Of a DNA stretch of 64,000 bases, positions 15,016 through 32,323 are shown one piece after another; within the stretch, counting starts at the first letter, position 1, and each line of letters starts with the position of its first letter. This DNA is from Eledone cirrhosa (lineage: Eukaryota). The notes under the pieces were generated by a model. The model saw nothing but the letters and a program-made list of their open reading frames with translations, had not been told where the DNA came from and ran no database searches. The translations under genes and the position numbers were made by a program. The stretch covers positions 175,274,001 through 175,338,000 of the forward strand of contig OZ024741.1 of the NCBI GenBank assembly GCA_964016885.1, given 5' to 3'.

Positions 15016-15529
15016 GTACATTAACGGAGCCATAGACTCTCGCCGTTCCCTGTAAATAATGTGCTCAAAGGAGAGGAAATCCTGAGCTCTTTAAATAAAA
15101 TACAATATGTTGAAAAGGTAACACACCAGAGAGAGATACAGTGCGCTCTCAATAAAACAGGGAAAAACTACCAGTGTATGGAATCTATACACTGGTGGTT
15201 TTTTCCCTGTTTTATTGATAGCGCACTCTGTATCTCTCTCTGGTGTGTTACCTTTTCAACATATTGTATATATATATATATATCAAAATAACAGATTAAA
15301 GTTTAAGCAAAGAAATGCTGCTTTCACCCTCAACGGGATCTTCTGAAACTAAAAAAAATCAATCTGTGAACGCAGAAGTAAATATATATATATACACACT
15401 ATATACATATACATATATACACACACGCACATATAGCGTCATAATGTCGTAATGCAGACAGTTAGACAGATATTATAAGGGCGAAACGTTATATCTATGT
15501 ATCTATCTAAAAAGAAAGACTAAGAATTA

Positions 15530-15712
15530 TAGAGAGAGATCGCTAAATCGCGTAATGCGGTCCTTAAAGCATCGAAAATTTGAAATTTGTTTTCTCAAAT
15601 GATCCACAGGACCATAAGTATCACATGTGTAAAGTTTGAAAACAATTGGTTGGGTTGTTCTCGAGTTTTAGGGAGAGAGACAGACAGACATTCTCTGTTT
15701 TAGATACATATA
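15530..15712 (-). mobile_element. 5' part of the non-autonomous Helitron family seen at 32324-33162
   Basis: gaccataagtatcacatgtgtaaagtttgaaaa...gttctcgagtttta...gacagacagacattctctgttttagata matches 33005-33160. Confidence 0.75.
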
Positions 15713-16005
15713 TGTGTCTCTGTTTATTCAAGAATTTGAGGGAATTTGACTATTTCTTGCAGGTCTAGTGACTAATGTTCAGGTGGCTCGATTGTCAGGG
15801 GAGTTTTCTGGAAGGGAAAAATGCAACGTTTCGGAGAGTTTTCCTTCTTCCTTAGAGAAAAAAAAAGAGTGAGAGAGATATATATAGAGAGAGAGTGAGT
15901 GAGTGAGAAAAAGAGAGAGAGAGAGATACAGCTAAGAAGAGGAAATGTAGAAGCATTAATACTTTGAATAAGAGGTGGTAGATCAATCAATAAAGAGCTA
16001 CTACA

Positions 16006-16145
16006 GTAATTGTTCAAATCCTGCCGAGGTAAACTTTGCTTCTCATCCTTCCAAGTCTGATAAAATAAAGTACAAGCTATATATTGTGGTTGATTTAATC
16101 AATGTTATTGGCCTTGTGTTTGAATTAGAAATTAATATTGCGAAT
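16006..16145 (+). mobile_element. Old SINE family A fragment
   Basis: gttcaaatcctgccgaggtaaactttgcttctcatccttcc...gataaaataaagtac...ggccttgtg. Confidence 0.6.
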
Positions 16146-16181
16146 AATAAGAAATGGAAGAAGTGAAGAGAGCAGTAATAA

Positions 16182-16240
<59 letters not shown>

Positions 16241-16499
16241 TATATATATATATTTATATATATATAGCGAGGGAAAAGTGGTAAGGAACCAGGTGGACCA
16301 TAACGCACCAAAGTACTCAATACTTAGGGTAGTAGAGTGGGTACATATCTATATATATATATACATATATACATACACACATAGCTATATACATACATAT
16401 ATTTAATATATATTACATGCAGAAGCCGTTTCGACGGCTAATTCTGTCAGAATTAGCCGTCGAAACGGCTTGAGCTCAGCCGTCGGGGTCTTACTTACT

Positions 16500-16604
<105 letters not shown>

Positions 16605-16609
16605 ATTTA

Positions 16610-20770
<4,161 letters not shown>

Positions 20771-20779
20771 TATATATTC

Positions 20780-21275
20780 TTATACTTTGGGAGGGTCATG
20801 TTGCCAATAAGAAACACACGCACCAGTTGCTTTCACTCCAATTTATTATAAATTAAACATTTTTTTTTTATAAATTTCCGGTTGGTTGGTTCCACAACCG
20901 GACGGTTATTCAAATATTGTCAAAGTTCTTTCGTCACACATTCTGTGACCTCTTCAGTGACTGGGATTCTTTTCTTTGTTTTGTGCCTCTCCTTTGTTCT
21001 GTCCTACGCCATCTTGTTGAATAGGTCACAGAATGTGTGACGAAAGAACTTTGACAATATATGAACAACCGCCCGGTTGTGGAACCAACCAACCAATCGG
21101 AAATTTATAAATTAAAAAAATTTTTTTTTTCTTTTTTAAAGTTATAATAAATTGGAGTGAAAGCAACTGGTGCGTGTGTTTCTTATTGGCAACATGACCC
21201 TCCCAAAGTATAACAATATCGGTTTCAACACACGTTTTCAGATAAAGTATCTTGTTAAACAAATTCAGAAACGAA

Positions 21276-21280
<5 letters not shown>
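20780..21280. mobile_element. Head-to-head pair of Naiad-type PLE pLTR termini (subfamily 2)
   Basis: ~20780-20951 is the reverse complement of ~21023-21215. Both arms contain ATGACCCTCCCAAAGTATAA; the + arm encodes [28 protein letters not shown], homologous to the N-terminus at 25182. Confidence 0.8.
20919..20961 (-). ncRNA. Minimal type-I hammerhead ribozyme
   Basis: gtca|CTGAAGA|g-gtcaca gaatg tgtgac|GAAAG AA CTT|tgac. Confidence 0.7.
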
Positions 21281-21324
<44 letters not shown>

Positions 21325-21325
<1 letters not shown>

Positions 21326-21445
21326 TCCTTTTCTTCTTCGCCCGTTGTTTCCTCAGCCTCACTTTCATATTTCTTATATTTTGTTTTCAAATCCACATTT
21401 AATAAAAACACCATGTTTTATTCATTCTGACGACTGAAAGCATAT
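21325..21445 (+). repeat. Inverted partial pLTR of PLE B, broken at the HHR stem-II loop
   Basis: Reverse complement of ~16684-16804; ends ctgacgactgaaagca-(TA)n. Confidence 0.8.
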
Positions 21446-21454
21446 ATATATCTA

Positions 21455-22930
<1,476 letters not shown>

Positions 22931-23964
22931 TCTATAATATTATAAAGCTGAGTGTCGTGTGTATGTATTATGTATGGATCATACACACCTCCCTATAGTT
23001 TGTTAGCTTTAATCTCTCCGTCGCTCTTCCCTCTCTCTATAATAGATCATTCTCCCTCTCTATAATAACTGCTTTACTCTCTCTGTCGCTCTTCACTCTC
23101 AAATATTATAAAGCTGAGCGTCGTCTCTCTCTCTCTCTCTCCCTCTCCCTCTTTTACCCTCTCTATAATTTAACTGCTTTACTCTCTGTCTCTCTTCACT
23201 CTCTATATGACAACACTCTTTTACTTTCCGTATCTACCTTCAATATATCAATATATAACCAGGTTCTGCTGCACGTCGGGCTGAGGGGACCAAACTCCTC
23301 AAATACCGGTCGCTCTCCGACAGGTTTGCGGTCGTATCCCTGGCAGTGGAGACTTCTGGTGTCCTCGGCCCCAGGGCTACCTCCTTACTCACCACCATAT
23401 GCGCTGAGCTGGCCAGCCGCAGCTGTGAGCCCCGCTAGTTGGAGTGGCTTTTCAGCGCGTCTCCCTTGCGGTCCCCCGGGGAAACGCCTTCTCCATTCTG
23501 TCCGCGGGGCTGTAGGTGGGCCCCATCGCGTACCGTTGTAGTTGTTGTATACAGATATTAACTCATCAATCTCATTATTTATATCATATATCAACATAGA
23601 GATGAGCGTTGTATGTATGTTTATTTCAAAAGGATAACCTCCTTCAAATTCGGTCAACACACAAGCAGGTAATACATACATCAAAGGCAACCCTCTTAGA
23701 GGGACAGAGAGTGAAAGAGACAGATTAGGAAAACTACACACACACATATAAAGAGAGAGAGAGAGAGGAGAGAGGAGAGAGGATAGAGGAGAGAGAGAGA
23801 GAGAGACAGGGAAAGAGAAACAGAGGGACGGGCAAGAAGGTAATACATACATCTAAAATCATTTGGATACAAATATCATAATATAATGGTTGCAGAACGA
23901 AAATACAGACAAATATAATAATGTATGCATCCCACACACTTTTTCTGTCGTCGCTCGCATAAGT

Positions 23965-24059
<95 letters not shown>

Positions 24060-24492
24060 TCACACCTGATTTCGCCAATTGCCGGATAACATCAAAACAA
24101 AACACACAGACACACAAATGCACATACACACATACATAAACACACATACACATACACAAACACGCACACACACACAAATCTATACTTTATATGTATGTAT
24201 GTATGCATGTATGTAAGATCATTCCCCCTCTCTATAATTTAACTGCTTTACTCTCTCTGTCGCTCTTCACTCTCTATATGACAACACTGTTTTAGTTTCC
24301 GTATCTCCCTTCAATATATAGACACACATAGAGAGAGAGAGAGAGATTTAGAGAGAAAGAGAGAGATTTAGAGAAAGATTAGGAAAAATACACACACACA
24401 TCTACAGAGAGAGACAGAAAAACAGAGGGAGGGGGAAAAGACAGAGATAGGCCGTTAGACAGAGAGAGATACAATTAAAGTGTTAGTTATTC

Positions 24493-24527
<35 letters not shown>

Positions 24528-24651
24528 GAGAGAGAGAGGGGGAGAGAGAGAGAGTCGGAAGGACAATGTGACACGGGAGGGTGTGGTATCTTTGCAGTGG
24601 AGTGGTGGGAGCAGGTATACCTAGCCGGGCGCCAGCCGAACGGGTCAATAG
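22931..24651 (+). mobile_element. Non-autonomous Helitron containing a CRE fragment and microsatellites
   Basis: A|TCTATAATATTATAAAG at the 5' end; GC-rich hairpin then (C>A)TAG|T at the 3' end. The joined flanks (gtttatttta|tatata...caatc.atttctagttgata) reproduce the empty paralogous site at ~22645-22700; no TSD. Confidence 0.75.
23258..23545 (+). mobile_element. CRE-clade LINE 3' fragment (restriction-like endonuclease region)
   Basis: PGSAARRAEGTKLLKYRSLSDRFAVVSLAVETSGVLGP...WLFQRVSLAVPRGNAFSIL, with a stop and a frameshift. Confidence 0.75.
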
Positions 24652-24706
24652 TATATATATATATATGCCAATCAATTTCTAGTTGATATATATATATATA
24701 TATATA

Positions 24707-25019
24707 CGGTAGGCACTCCGTCGGTCACGACGACAAGTGTTCCAATTGATTCGATCAACGGAACAACCTGCTTGCGAAATTAACGTGCAGGTGGCTGAGC
24801 ATTCCAGAGGCACGCGTACCTTTAACGAAGTTCTCTGGGAGATCCAGCGTGACACCGAACGTGACAAGGCTGGCTCTTCGAATTACAGGTAGAACTCATT
24901 TTTGTCATTTTTGCCAGCAACATGAAATAATGTGTCTGGCTCAAGAACACGACGCGCCGCCGGGAATCGGACTCACGACCTTACGGTTGAGACCCGATTA
25001 CCTTAAACACAAAGCCACG

Positions 25020-25020
<1 letters not shown>
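24707..25020 (-). mobile_element. tRNA-derived SINE family B
   Basis: Minus strand head cgtggctttgtgtttaagg...gagtccgattcccgg, TTCTTGAGCCAGACAC, body shared with 47000-47352. Confidence 0.75.
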
Positions 25021-25092
<72 letters not shown>

Positions 25093-25419
25093 TAGATTAC
25101 CGATATAAAAGACAGCGAGAAGCGAAAACCAACCAAACAGTGAGTGTGTTCTGTTATTAATTCTGGCAATATTACACAAATATGACCCTCCCCAAGTATA
25201 ACAATATTTGTTTCGACACACGATTTCATATAAAAAACCTCGCAAAACTAATTCATCGCCGCTATGGCATTAGCTTGTGCCAAGCTGAAAGGTTATTGAA
25301 AGACACTGTTTTCTGTTATATAAAAACTACAATAACAACAGAACAAATCCGCTTCTTAAAACACTGTTTCCTCCAAAACATACACAACAAACGTATCAAA
25401 ACAAGTAAATAATTTATTA

Positions 25420-26826
25420 TTGAACAAAACACAAGCCGAACGACTAAAACACACAATAACAGTTAATATGAAAAGAACAACATACACAAAAGTCAACGCA
25501 CTCTACAAACAGAAACATATTAACGGTAAGGAAATCCGAAATCTCATCACAGCAAACGAGAGAGATAACTTCATGAGCGTCATCCGACGTGAAACGAAAT
25601 ACGCTCGAAACGAATGCAATAGGCATTTCAATAAGAAATTAGAATGGGTGAATAAGAAAAAACTAGAAGAAAGGAAAATAGAATATTCTCAAAAATACCC
25701 AGATAACATCGACAATATCCGTATGACTGATGTAAAACTACCGGAAGAATTTACCAATGACCACACAGTAAATATCTATGGGAACACATTAATCAGTGAA
25801 CAAGAACAACAAATCCTGTGGCTACCACCAAAATTTGCCATCTACAAAAAGATTAACCCAATGGAGTGCAAAACGGAGCTGGAAAAGTGTTTCACAAAAA
25901 TACGTTGGAATGCAAACAACAACAACAATAATAACGGTAGTAGTAATATAAACAATAACTCTGAGTATAGAAATAACAGCCATAACTATAACAATAGCAG
26001 GAAAGTGAGAAATAGTGATAATGGTAATAATACTAGCGATAGACAGAACAACAACAACCACAAAAATAATAATAATAGAAACATTAACCACAGACACAGC
26101 AGCAGCGACCATAGTAGTAATAACGGTAACAATACGAACAACAACAACAATAACCACAGTGGTAATAATGGAAATAGTACATGTAGCAACATCAATGATA
26201 GACACAACAAAAACAAGAAACATAATAAAAGTAACAACCACAATGGTAGAAATAACAGTAACAACAACAACAATAACGGTGAAGTAAACAACAATACATC
26301 TAGCAATCATAACAATAATAATAATACTAATGATAGAAACAACAACAACCACCATGATAACAATAATAGCAACACACACAACTATGACGATAGATATAAT
26401 GACAACCCCTTAGAGAAACTATTTTTCAACCCAGCTGACAAAACATATAAGATGGGTAATATCTATCCTACGAGGTTACCCTTTAATAAAAGAGTTTGCA
26501 TACCACAACAAATAGATGACGAGACAGAGGCACAGTTCACCATAGCTAGAAATAAGATTAGACAAATAGTAGACAGGTATACTAAGAGACAGAGCAGACC
26601 AGAGGCCCAACAACTTGGGAGGAAACCTGTAGAAGGCTTGGTTAGCCTCAAGCAGCGCACAAGGGATGGTGAGGTAGTATGTCTACCCACAGATAAGTCT
26701 GGTAGGATGTCAATAGATAGCATGCCGAACTACATCGAGGCTATGCAACCCCACATCACCAACACGAGCGAAATTGCACAACAAACACACGATGGGAGAG
26801 AGAAAATCCTCAACGCTCACAGATGA
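25420..26826 (+). CDS. PLE N-terminal region with Asn-rich insertion (true start probably 25182, frameshifted)
   Basis: LPPKFA, LPTDKSG and a ~165-aa N-rich tract. Confidence 0.7.
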   Translation: MNKTQAERLKHTITVNMKRTTYTKVNALYKQKHINGKEIRNLITANERDNFMSVIRRETKYARNECNRHFNKKLEWVNKKKLEERKIEYSQKYPDNIDNIRMTDVKLPEEFTNDHTVNIYGNTLISEQEQQILWLPPKFAIYKKINPMECKTELEKCFTKIRWNANNNNNNNGSSNINNNSEYRNNSHNYNNSRKVRNSDNGNNTSDRQNNNNHKNNNNRNINHRHSSSDHSSNNGNNTNNNNNNHSGNNGNSTCSNINDRHNKNKKHNKSNNHNGRNNSNNNNNNGEVNNNTSSNHNNNNNTNDRNNNNHHDNNNSNTHNYDDRYNDNPLEKLFFNPADKTYKMGNIYPTRLPFNKRVCIPQQIDDETEAQFTIARNKIRQIVDRYTKRQSRPEAQQLGRKPVEGLVSLKQRTRDGEVVCLPTDKSGRMSIDSMPNYIEAMQPHITNTSEIAQQTHDGREKILNAHR

Positions 26827-26886
26827 TGTGGACTGAAATCCTAAAGCCAAGCAGACGCACTGCCAACAACTTCCAGGCGTCTAACA

Positions 26887-28713
26887 ATGGCATACCACCC
26901 TTGTATGGACCACAAGACAGTCGACGATCCGACAACAGGATCACCAACAAGACCCGTATGCGGAGCTAATATAGCTAGCAACTACAGGATCTCCTACTTC
27001 CACTCAATGGTTATACGCCCCATAATCAAGATGTCCCCAGATGTATGTGACAGTACAGAGGACCTCCTCAGCAGAATCAGTGAGTGCAACAAAAACAGGA
27101 GCCTATCCAACTGCATAATAGGCAGCATGGATGTGGTGTCACTGTACCCATCCATTAACATTGATTTTGCTGTGAAAAGATGTGTGGAGATGATCATTGA
27201 GAGTGAGGTGGAGTTCTGCGACGTCGACACAGACGAACTGGGCCTCCTACTTAGACTTACCTACGACACTGACTACCTAGACAGCCATGACCTTAGATGT
27301 TTCTGCCCTAGTAGACCTATAAGAGGTAGACCCCCCACCATAACCTCAATGGCAAAAAAGACTCCCATGGGAAGGTGGATTGGGTGGACCAAAGCTATAC
27401 GGACCCCCCAAAACAATGATCAGGTAAGAAAAATGGGCGCACATGCAATAGGGCCTAGTATCAAAACTACCCTAAAGGGCCACATATTTAAGTTCAACGA
27501 GAAGATCTACACCCAAAATGAGGGAGCAGCCATCGGCATCAGCATAGCTGGTGATGTTGCCAACCTTTTCATGGTATGGTGGGAAAGGAGACTTAAAGAT
27601 CTCCTTAATGAGAGCTCCATAGACCTCATCATGTACTCTCGTTATGTAGACGATATTAATATAGTTATAAGAACACCCCCACTAGAGAGCACTAACAAGT
27701 TTGATTTAGAACGTAGCACGATGGAAAGCATCCAGCAGATAGCTAATTCCATACACCAGAGTATAACTGTAACTATCGACTTTCCTTCCAAACACCCTAA
27801 CAATAGACTACCTGTATTAGACACAGAACTCTGGATTAACACTATAGACGAGAGAGCCCAAATTCTCCACTCACACTATGCTAAACCCATGGCCTCCAAA
27901 TACCTGATACCCAAAAACTCAGCAATGTCCAGTAGTGCTAAGTTTAATATTCTGATCGCAGATTTGGTACGAGTGATGAAGAATGTGTCCCGCATGTGCG
28001 ACCCAACAGAAATGGAAAGACACATCCAACACTTCATCAACCGCATGCAGTTCTCTGGCTACAACCAAAGAGACAGAGTCAGAGTATACGAAGGAGCCAT
28101 GGAGAAGTATAAGACCCTCATAGAACTGGACATGAAAGGAATTTGCCCATTATACAGGAGCAAATCATGGAATAGCTTAGATAGGGCTAGACATAAGATA
28201 GGGAAAGCCACCTCATGGTACGACAACCAGAGATACCAGAGTGTCATGTTTGTAGACGCTACCCCTGGAGGGAAATTAGCTAACCAGTGTAGAAAGGCCC
28301 TGAGAAAGACCCACTTAAAAATAAAGGTGGTAGAAAAGCCAGGAACCACCATAAAATCCCTGATCAGCAGAACCTACCCTTTTAAGAAAACCCACTGTAC
28401 CAATAGGAAATGTATCATATGTAAGGTGAACCCCCGGATAAACTGTAAAACTAGAAACGTAGTCTATAGCATAAGATGTACAGAGGGTACTTGCAGAAAC
28501 ATGACAACAACATACATAGGTGAGACAGCTCGTAGCATAGGTGAAAGGATAGACCAACACTGGGGGGAACTAAAAGGACGAAAAAACGGGTCAGTACTAT
28601 ACGAACATGCTAGACAACAACATGACGGTAACATAGACAACATAGAAATTAGAATAATATCTAAACATGGAAATGACCCAGCAGATAGGCAAATCAGAGA
28701 GCCAGTGAAATAG
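26887..28713 (+). CDS. PLE RT + GIY-YIG endonuclease (main frame; a frameshifted continuation ends ~28799)
   Basis: 608-aa ORF with the motifs above. Confidence 0.88.
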   Translation: MAYHPCMDHKTVDDPTTGSPTRPVCGANIASNYRISYFHSMVIRPIIKMSPDVCDSTEDLLSRISECNKNRSLSNCIIGSMDVVSLYPSINIDFAVKRCVEMIIESEVEFCDVDTDELGLLLRLTYDTDYLDSHDLRCFCPSRPIRGRPPTITSMAKKTPMGRWIGWTKAIRTPQNNDQVRKMGAHAIGPSIKTTLKGHIFKFNEKIYTQNEGAAIGISIAGDVANLFMVWWERRLKDLLNESSIDLIMYSRYVDDINIVIRTPPLESTNKFDLERSTMESIQQIANSIHQSITVTIDFPSKHPNNRLPVLDTELWINTIDERAQILHSHYAKPMASKYLIPKNSAMSSSAKFNILIADLVRVMKNVSRMCDPTEMERHIQHFINRMQFSGYNQRDRVRVYEGAMEKYKTLIELDMKGICPLYRSKSWNSLDRARHKIGKATSWYDNQRYQSVMFVDATPGGKLANQCRKALRKTHLKIKVVEKPGTTIKSLISRTYPFKKTHCTNRKCIICKVNPRINCKTRNVVYSIRCTEGTCRNMTTTYIGETARSIGERIDQHWGELKGRKNGSVLYEHARQQHDGNIDNIEIRIISKHGNDPADRQIREPVK

Positions 28714-29034
28714 AAATTAGAAGACCAAGGCTAAACAGAAAGAATGAATGGAATAACAACAACACCCAAACAAACAACACTGACCTAAGAGAAGTATAAA
28801 TAAGAATATAAAACAAAATAAATAAATAAATAAATACATACACAAGCACAATAACAACAAGCACATAAACACACACTAGTCACCCATCACACAGCAAACA
28901 TAACACTATACACACACGCAAACGCATGCGCAAAGAAGACAAAATAAAATAAACAAACAAGCAAATAAATAAATATATAGACAGACTGAATAAAAATGGC
29001 GTAGACATACAACACAACAGGAGGAAAATATAAC

Positions 29035-29076
29035 ACTACTGACGATGTTGCAGATGTGCAACGAAAGATTTATGAT
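29035..29076 (+). ncRNA. Hammerhead motif (degenerate stems I/III) in the Naiad 3' region
   Basis: CTGACGA t-gttgca gatg tgcaac GAAAG; homolog on the minus strand at ~63688-63728. Confidence 0.6.
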
Positions 29077-29270
29077 AAACTATATATATGTGTTTGTGTC
29101 TATATTGTATCTGTATTATTTTTGACCGTCGGTCAGTCAATGGCAATATTGAGGACCGAGTAAGTTAGATTACCGATATAAAAGACACAGAAGCGAAAGC
29201 CAACCAAACAGTGAGTGTGTTCTGTTATTAATTCTGGCAATATTACACAAATATGACCCTCCCCAAGTAT

Positions 29271-29429
<159 letters not shown>

Positions 29430-29580
29430 TGAGATTCTACAGGACTAGAATTGTTTCATTCTTTAGAAAAATGAAACAGTTCTAGTCCTGTAGAATCTCA
29501 TCTATATTAAAACTTTTATACTCTGCAATGTATTGAGTACCTTACTTACTGTGGTTACCTCCGATTCAACCCCGAATAAC

Positions 29581-29669
<89 letters not shown>

Positions 29670-30461
29670 GGAGATATGTATATATAAATGGAATGAGTGG
29701 GGACGGTAGGAATATATAAGTGAAGAAAGTTGTGGCAGGCGCCAGGTCGGTTGAAACATGAGGGAGATGGTGCGGGCAAAATCAGGTATTACATAATGAC
29801 TCTGACAAACTCTTAAACCAGGCGGAAGGACAGAATAGAAACAGAAAGGAAAGAGCTAGCGCTCAGAAATAAAGAATTAATGGGTTGTGAATCAAGTAGA
29901 GAAGAGTCAATACATTTTAAGGAACAGTTAGAATTGTAAAGTTTATTTGATCGGTGCAATTGTAGAAATTTTATTTCAAATTTATGTATTATATGAATAT
30001 ATACTTGAAACGAAAAGAAGCAGTGGAGAGTGGCTTTAAGAAGTCTATTTGATACAATGTAAAAATATCATGTCTGATGTTCTTTTTGGTTGTCAGACAC
30101 GATAATAAGTTAAGAACGTGAGTCTTATGCTAGGATCAACTAGTTATCGATCCAAACATCAATTTAACAAACACCAGGGAATGTGTCACTCTAATGAGGT
30201 CAGCAATGATGACGTAATGAAACAAGCAAAAGAAAAACAAATAACACATAACGTACAACATACAAGTGAAGTATCTAATATTCGAAACGGATCAAGAATG
30301 TATATGTGCGCGTGTGTATATATATGTGGACGTGTGTGCGCGTGATTGTGTCTTTATGTGGCTGAGGTGGTGCTGGTGAATCCAATACTTCTATTAACAT
30401 TCTATTTAGATGTTTTGATTCGGAATAGATATTTGTGCTTGAGTTATAGTTGTTAAATAAA

Positions 30462-30492
<31 letters not shown>

Positions 30493-30674
30493 TATATGTG
30501 TGTATATATATGTGTAATAATATATATATATATACACATACACATATGTATGTGTGTGTGTATATATATATATATATATGTGTGTGTATGTATGTATGTA
30601 TGTATGTATGTATGTATGTATGTATGTATGTATGTATGTGTATACCTGTGTATGTGTGTACGTGTTTGTATCGC

Positions 30675-31250
30675 AGTACAACCTGACTCATGGTCGGGTC
30701 GTTGGCGACTAAACTGACAACCCCACCAAGGTTTCTTGGTGAGGAGGGTGACTTTGGACATCCTGCAGGACAAAAAAAACCTGTCAAAGGGCAAAGGAGC
30801 TCTTTATAGTCAATGGCCATCCAAAATCACCGGGAGAGATGACCCCTTAGCCTTTGTCAAGGCAGAATTCTAGGAGAAGGAAAACTCTGATATAACACCT
30901 GCAACCCTGATGGTATCCAATGATGTTGACTTGTTCTTCTTTTTGGTAAATGTCATCTTGGTTAAGAGAGTGGGACTGGCTTTGTGCAGTACCTTTGCTC
31001 ACTATAAAAGCTTCACAGCACAGGCATTGCTTTATATCTGGAGATCTCTCTGCACTTGTCGTCACATGGTACCAAGGGCCCAGCACTACGTGTCAATAAT
31101 TGTCACAAGTGTAGTGTTTGTACCAGAGTTTTCAAGTCGCTGGCTGGACTAAAAAGTCACACTTGTTCAGCGCATCGGTAGAGGTTCTCCTACATCGATA
31201 TAACGTAGTGGCCGTACTCGAAAACGAGTTGGCAGTCACCATGTATGTAT
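30675..31250 (+). mobile_element. Bipartite (internally deleted) RTE-derived non-autonomous element
   Basis: RTE-5'UTR-like tctaggagaaggaaaactctga, C-terminal zinc finger CSVCTRVFKSLAGLKSH..SAH, tail ggccgtactcgaaaacgag and (ATGT)n. Second copy at 52090-52650. Confidence 0.65.
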
Positions 31251-31703
31251 ATGTATGTGTATACCTGTGTATGTGTGTACGTGTTTGTGACTATATATGT
31301 ATTTGTATATATATCAATGTGAGTCTACAAATATACACTTTATTTGTTGCCAGAGTGCTGCACATTAAAATTTTGGATTTTTAGGTCACTTTGTGCAAAT
31401 AAATTAGTTAAGCAATAAAATAAAAACGATACAAATATAAAAGTTAAGCACGTATAATTGGTCTCAACCGCTTTCATTGCGATCTTTGTTCACTCTATGT
31501 ATAGTATTAGGAGATTAGGCTGATTCCTAACGTATGTACATATATGCTCATACCTCATTTTGGAGTCGTAGGGGCAAAGTAGGGACATACGGCGTTTTGT
31601 GTGGATTTTATACCTGGTGGAGCCTATCCTGTCTCTAGGTCTAAACACAGCTGATTTCTTCCAGAAAAGGAGAGAGAAAGTAATTGAGAAGATGTACCCG
31701 ATA

Positions 31704-31757
31704 CGCGACCCTTAGTCGAGAACAGTGTCGGTCGGGGTGTTTGACTGGGGCGGTACA
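31704..31757 (+). rRNA. Short 28S rRNA-derived fragment (not a functional rRNA gene)
   Basis: gcgacc...gaacagtgtcggtcggggtgtttgactggggcggtaca matches the conserved LSU motif ACAGTG.CAG.TGGGGAGTTTGACTGGGGCGGTACA. Confidence 0.7.
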
Positions 31758-31859
31758 AATATAAAGAAAATAGACAGCAGTACTGATACTTCTTTTATCA
31801 ACTTTAAATGGATGGAATACTAAGTTAACTTCGATGTGATTTCAGCAGAAAGCAGAAAA

Positions 31860-32180
31860 TAAATACCCGGGATTGTCCGGTCGCTTCCTCTTCGCACCGG
31901 TCACCGTCGAGTCCTCAGGCGTACTTGGACCCCCGTAGTGTCGAGCTCTTCCATCTGAGAAAGGAGCCCCGCGAGGTGAGGTGGCTGTTGCAGCGCGTGT
32001 CGCTGGCCATTCATTACCCACGGGAATGCTTTTGCGGTCTTGTCCGCTAAGCGCAGCCTCAATACCGCCGCACCCTAGACCTAGAGCTCACGCCCTTCGC
32101 CATTCCCCTCCTCCACCCTCTCTCATTCGTCTGTGACCCTTGAGCTTTTGCCTTTCCCTTCTTTGCATTTTTCACTAAAT
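31860..32180 (+). mobile_element. Second CRE-clade LINE 3' fragment
   Basis: KYPGLSGRFLFAPVTVESSGVLGP...RWLLQRVSLAI..GNAFAVLSA. Confidence 0.7.
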
Positions 32181-32323
32181 ATACCAAACTCAACAACAAA
32201 CTGGAGTATTTTACAATAACGCAAAGCGTTCATTCCAGCAATTCTGCCAATTTGCCACCGACTTGATTCCTCGTAAGAGTTACTAATCTTTGAAGTCGTT
32301 GTGGCGAATAGTTTTAGTTAGAA

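Noticed and set aside
25822-26379. Hydrophobic minus-strand ORFs (poly-V/I/L) suggesting membrane proteins
   Set aside because: Antisense shadows of the AAC/AAT-rich tract in the PLE ORF.
26821-26845. TGA at the end of ORF 25420-26826 as a selenocysteine codon (some Naiad PLEs encode selenoproteins)
   Set aside because: Read-through meets TAA five codons later; the protein continues in another frame (MMWTEIL..PPLYG), so this is a frameshift. No convincing SECIS seen.
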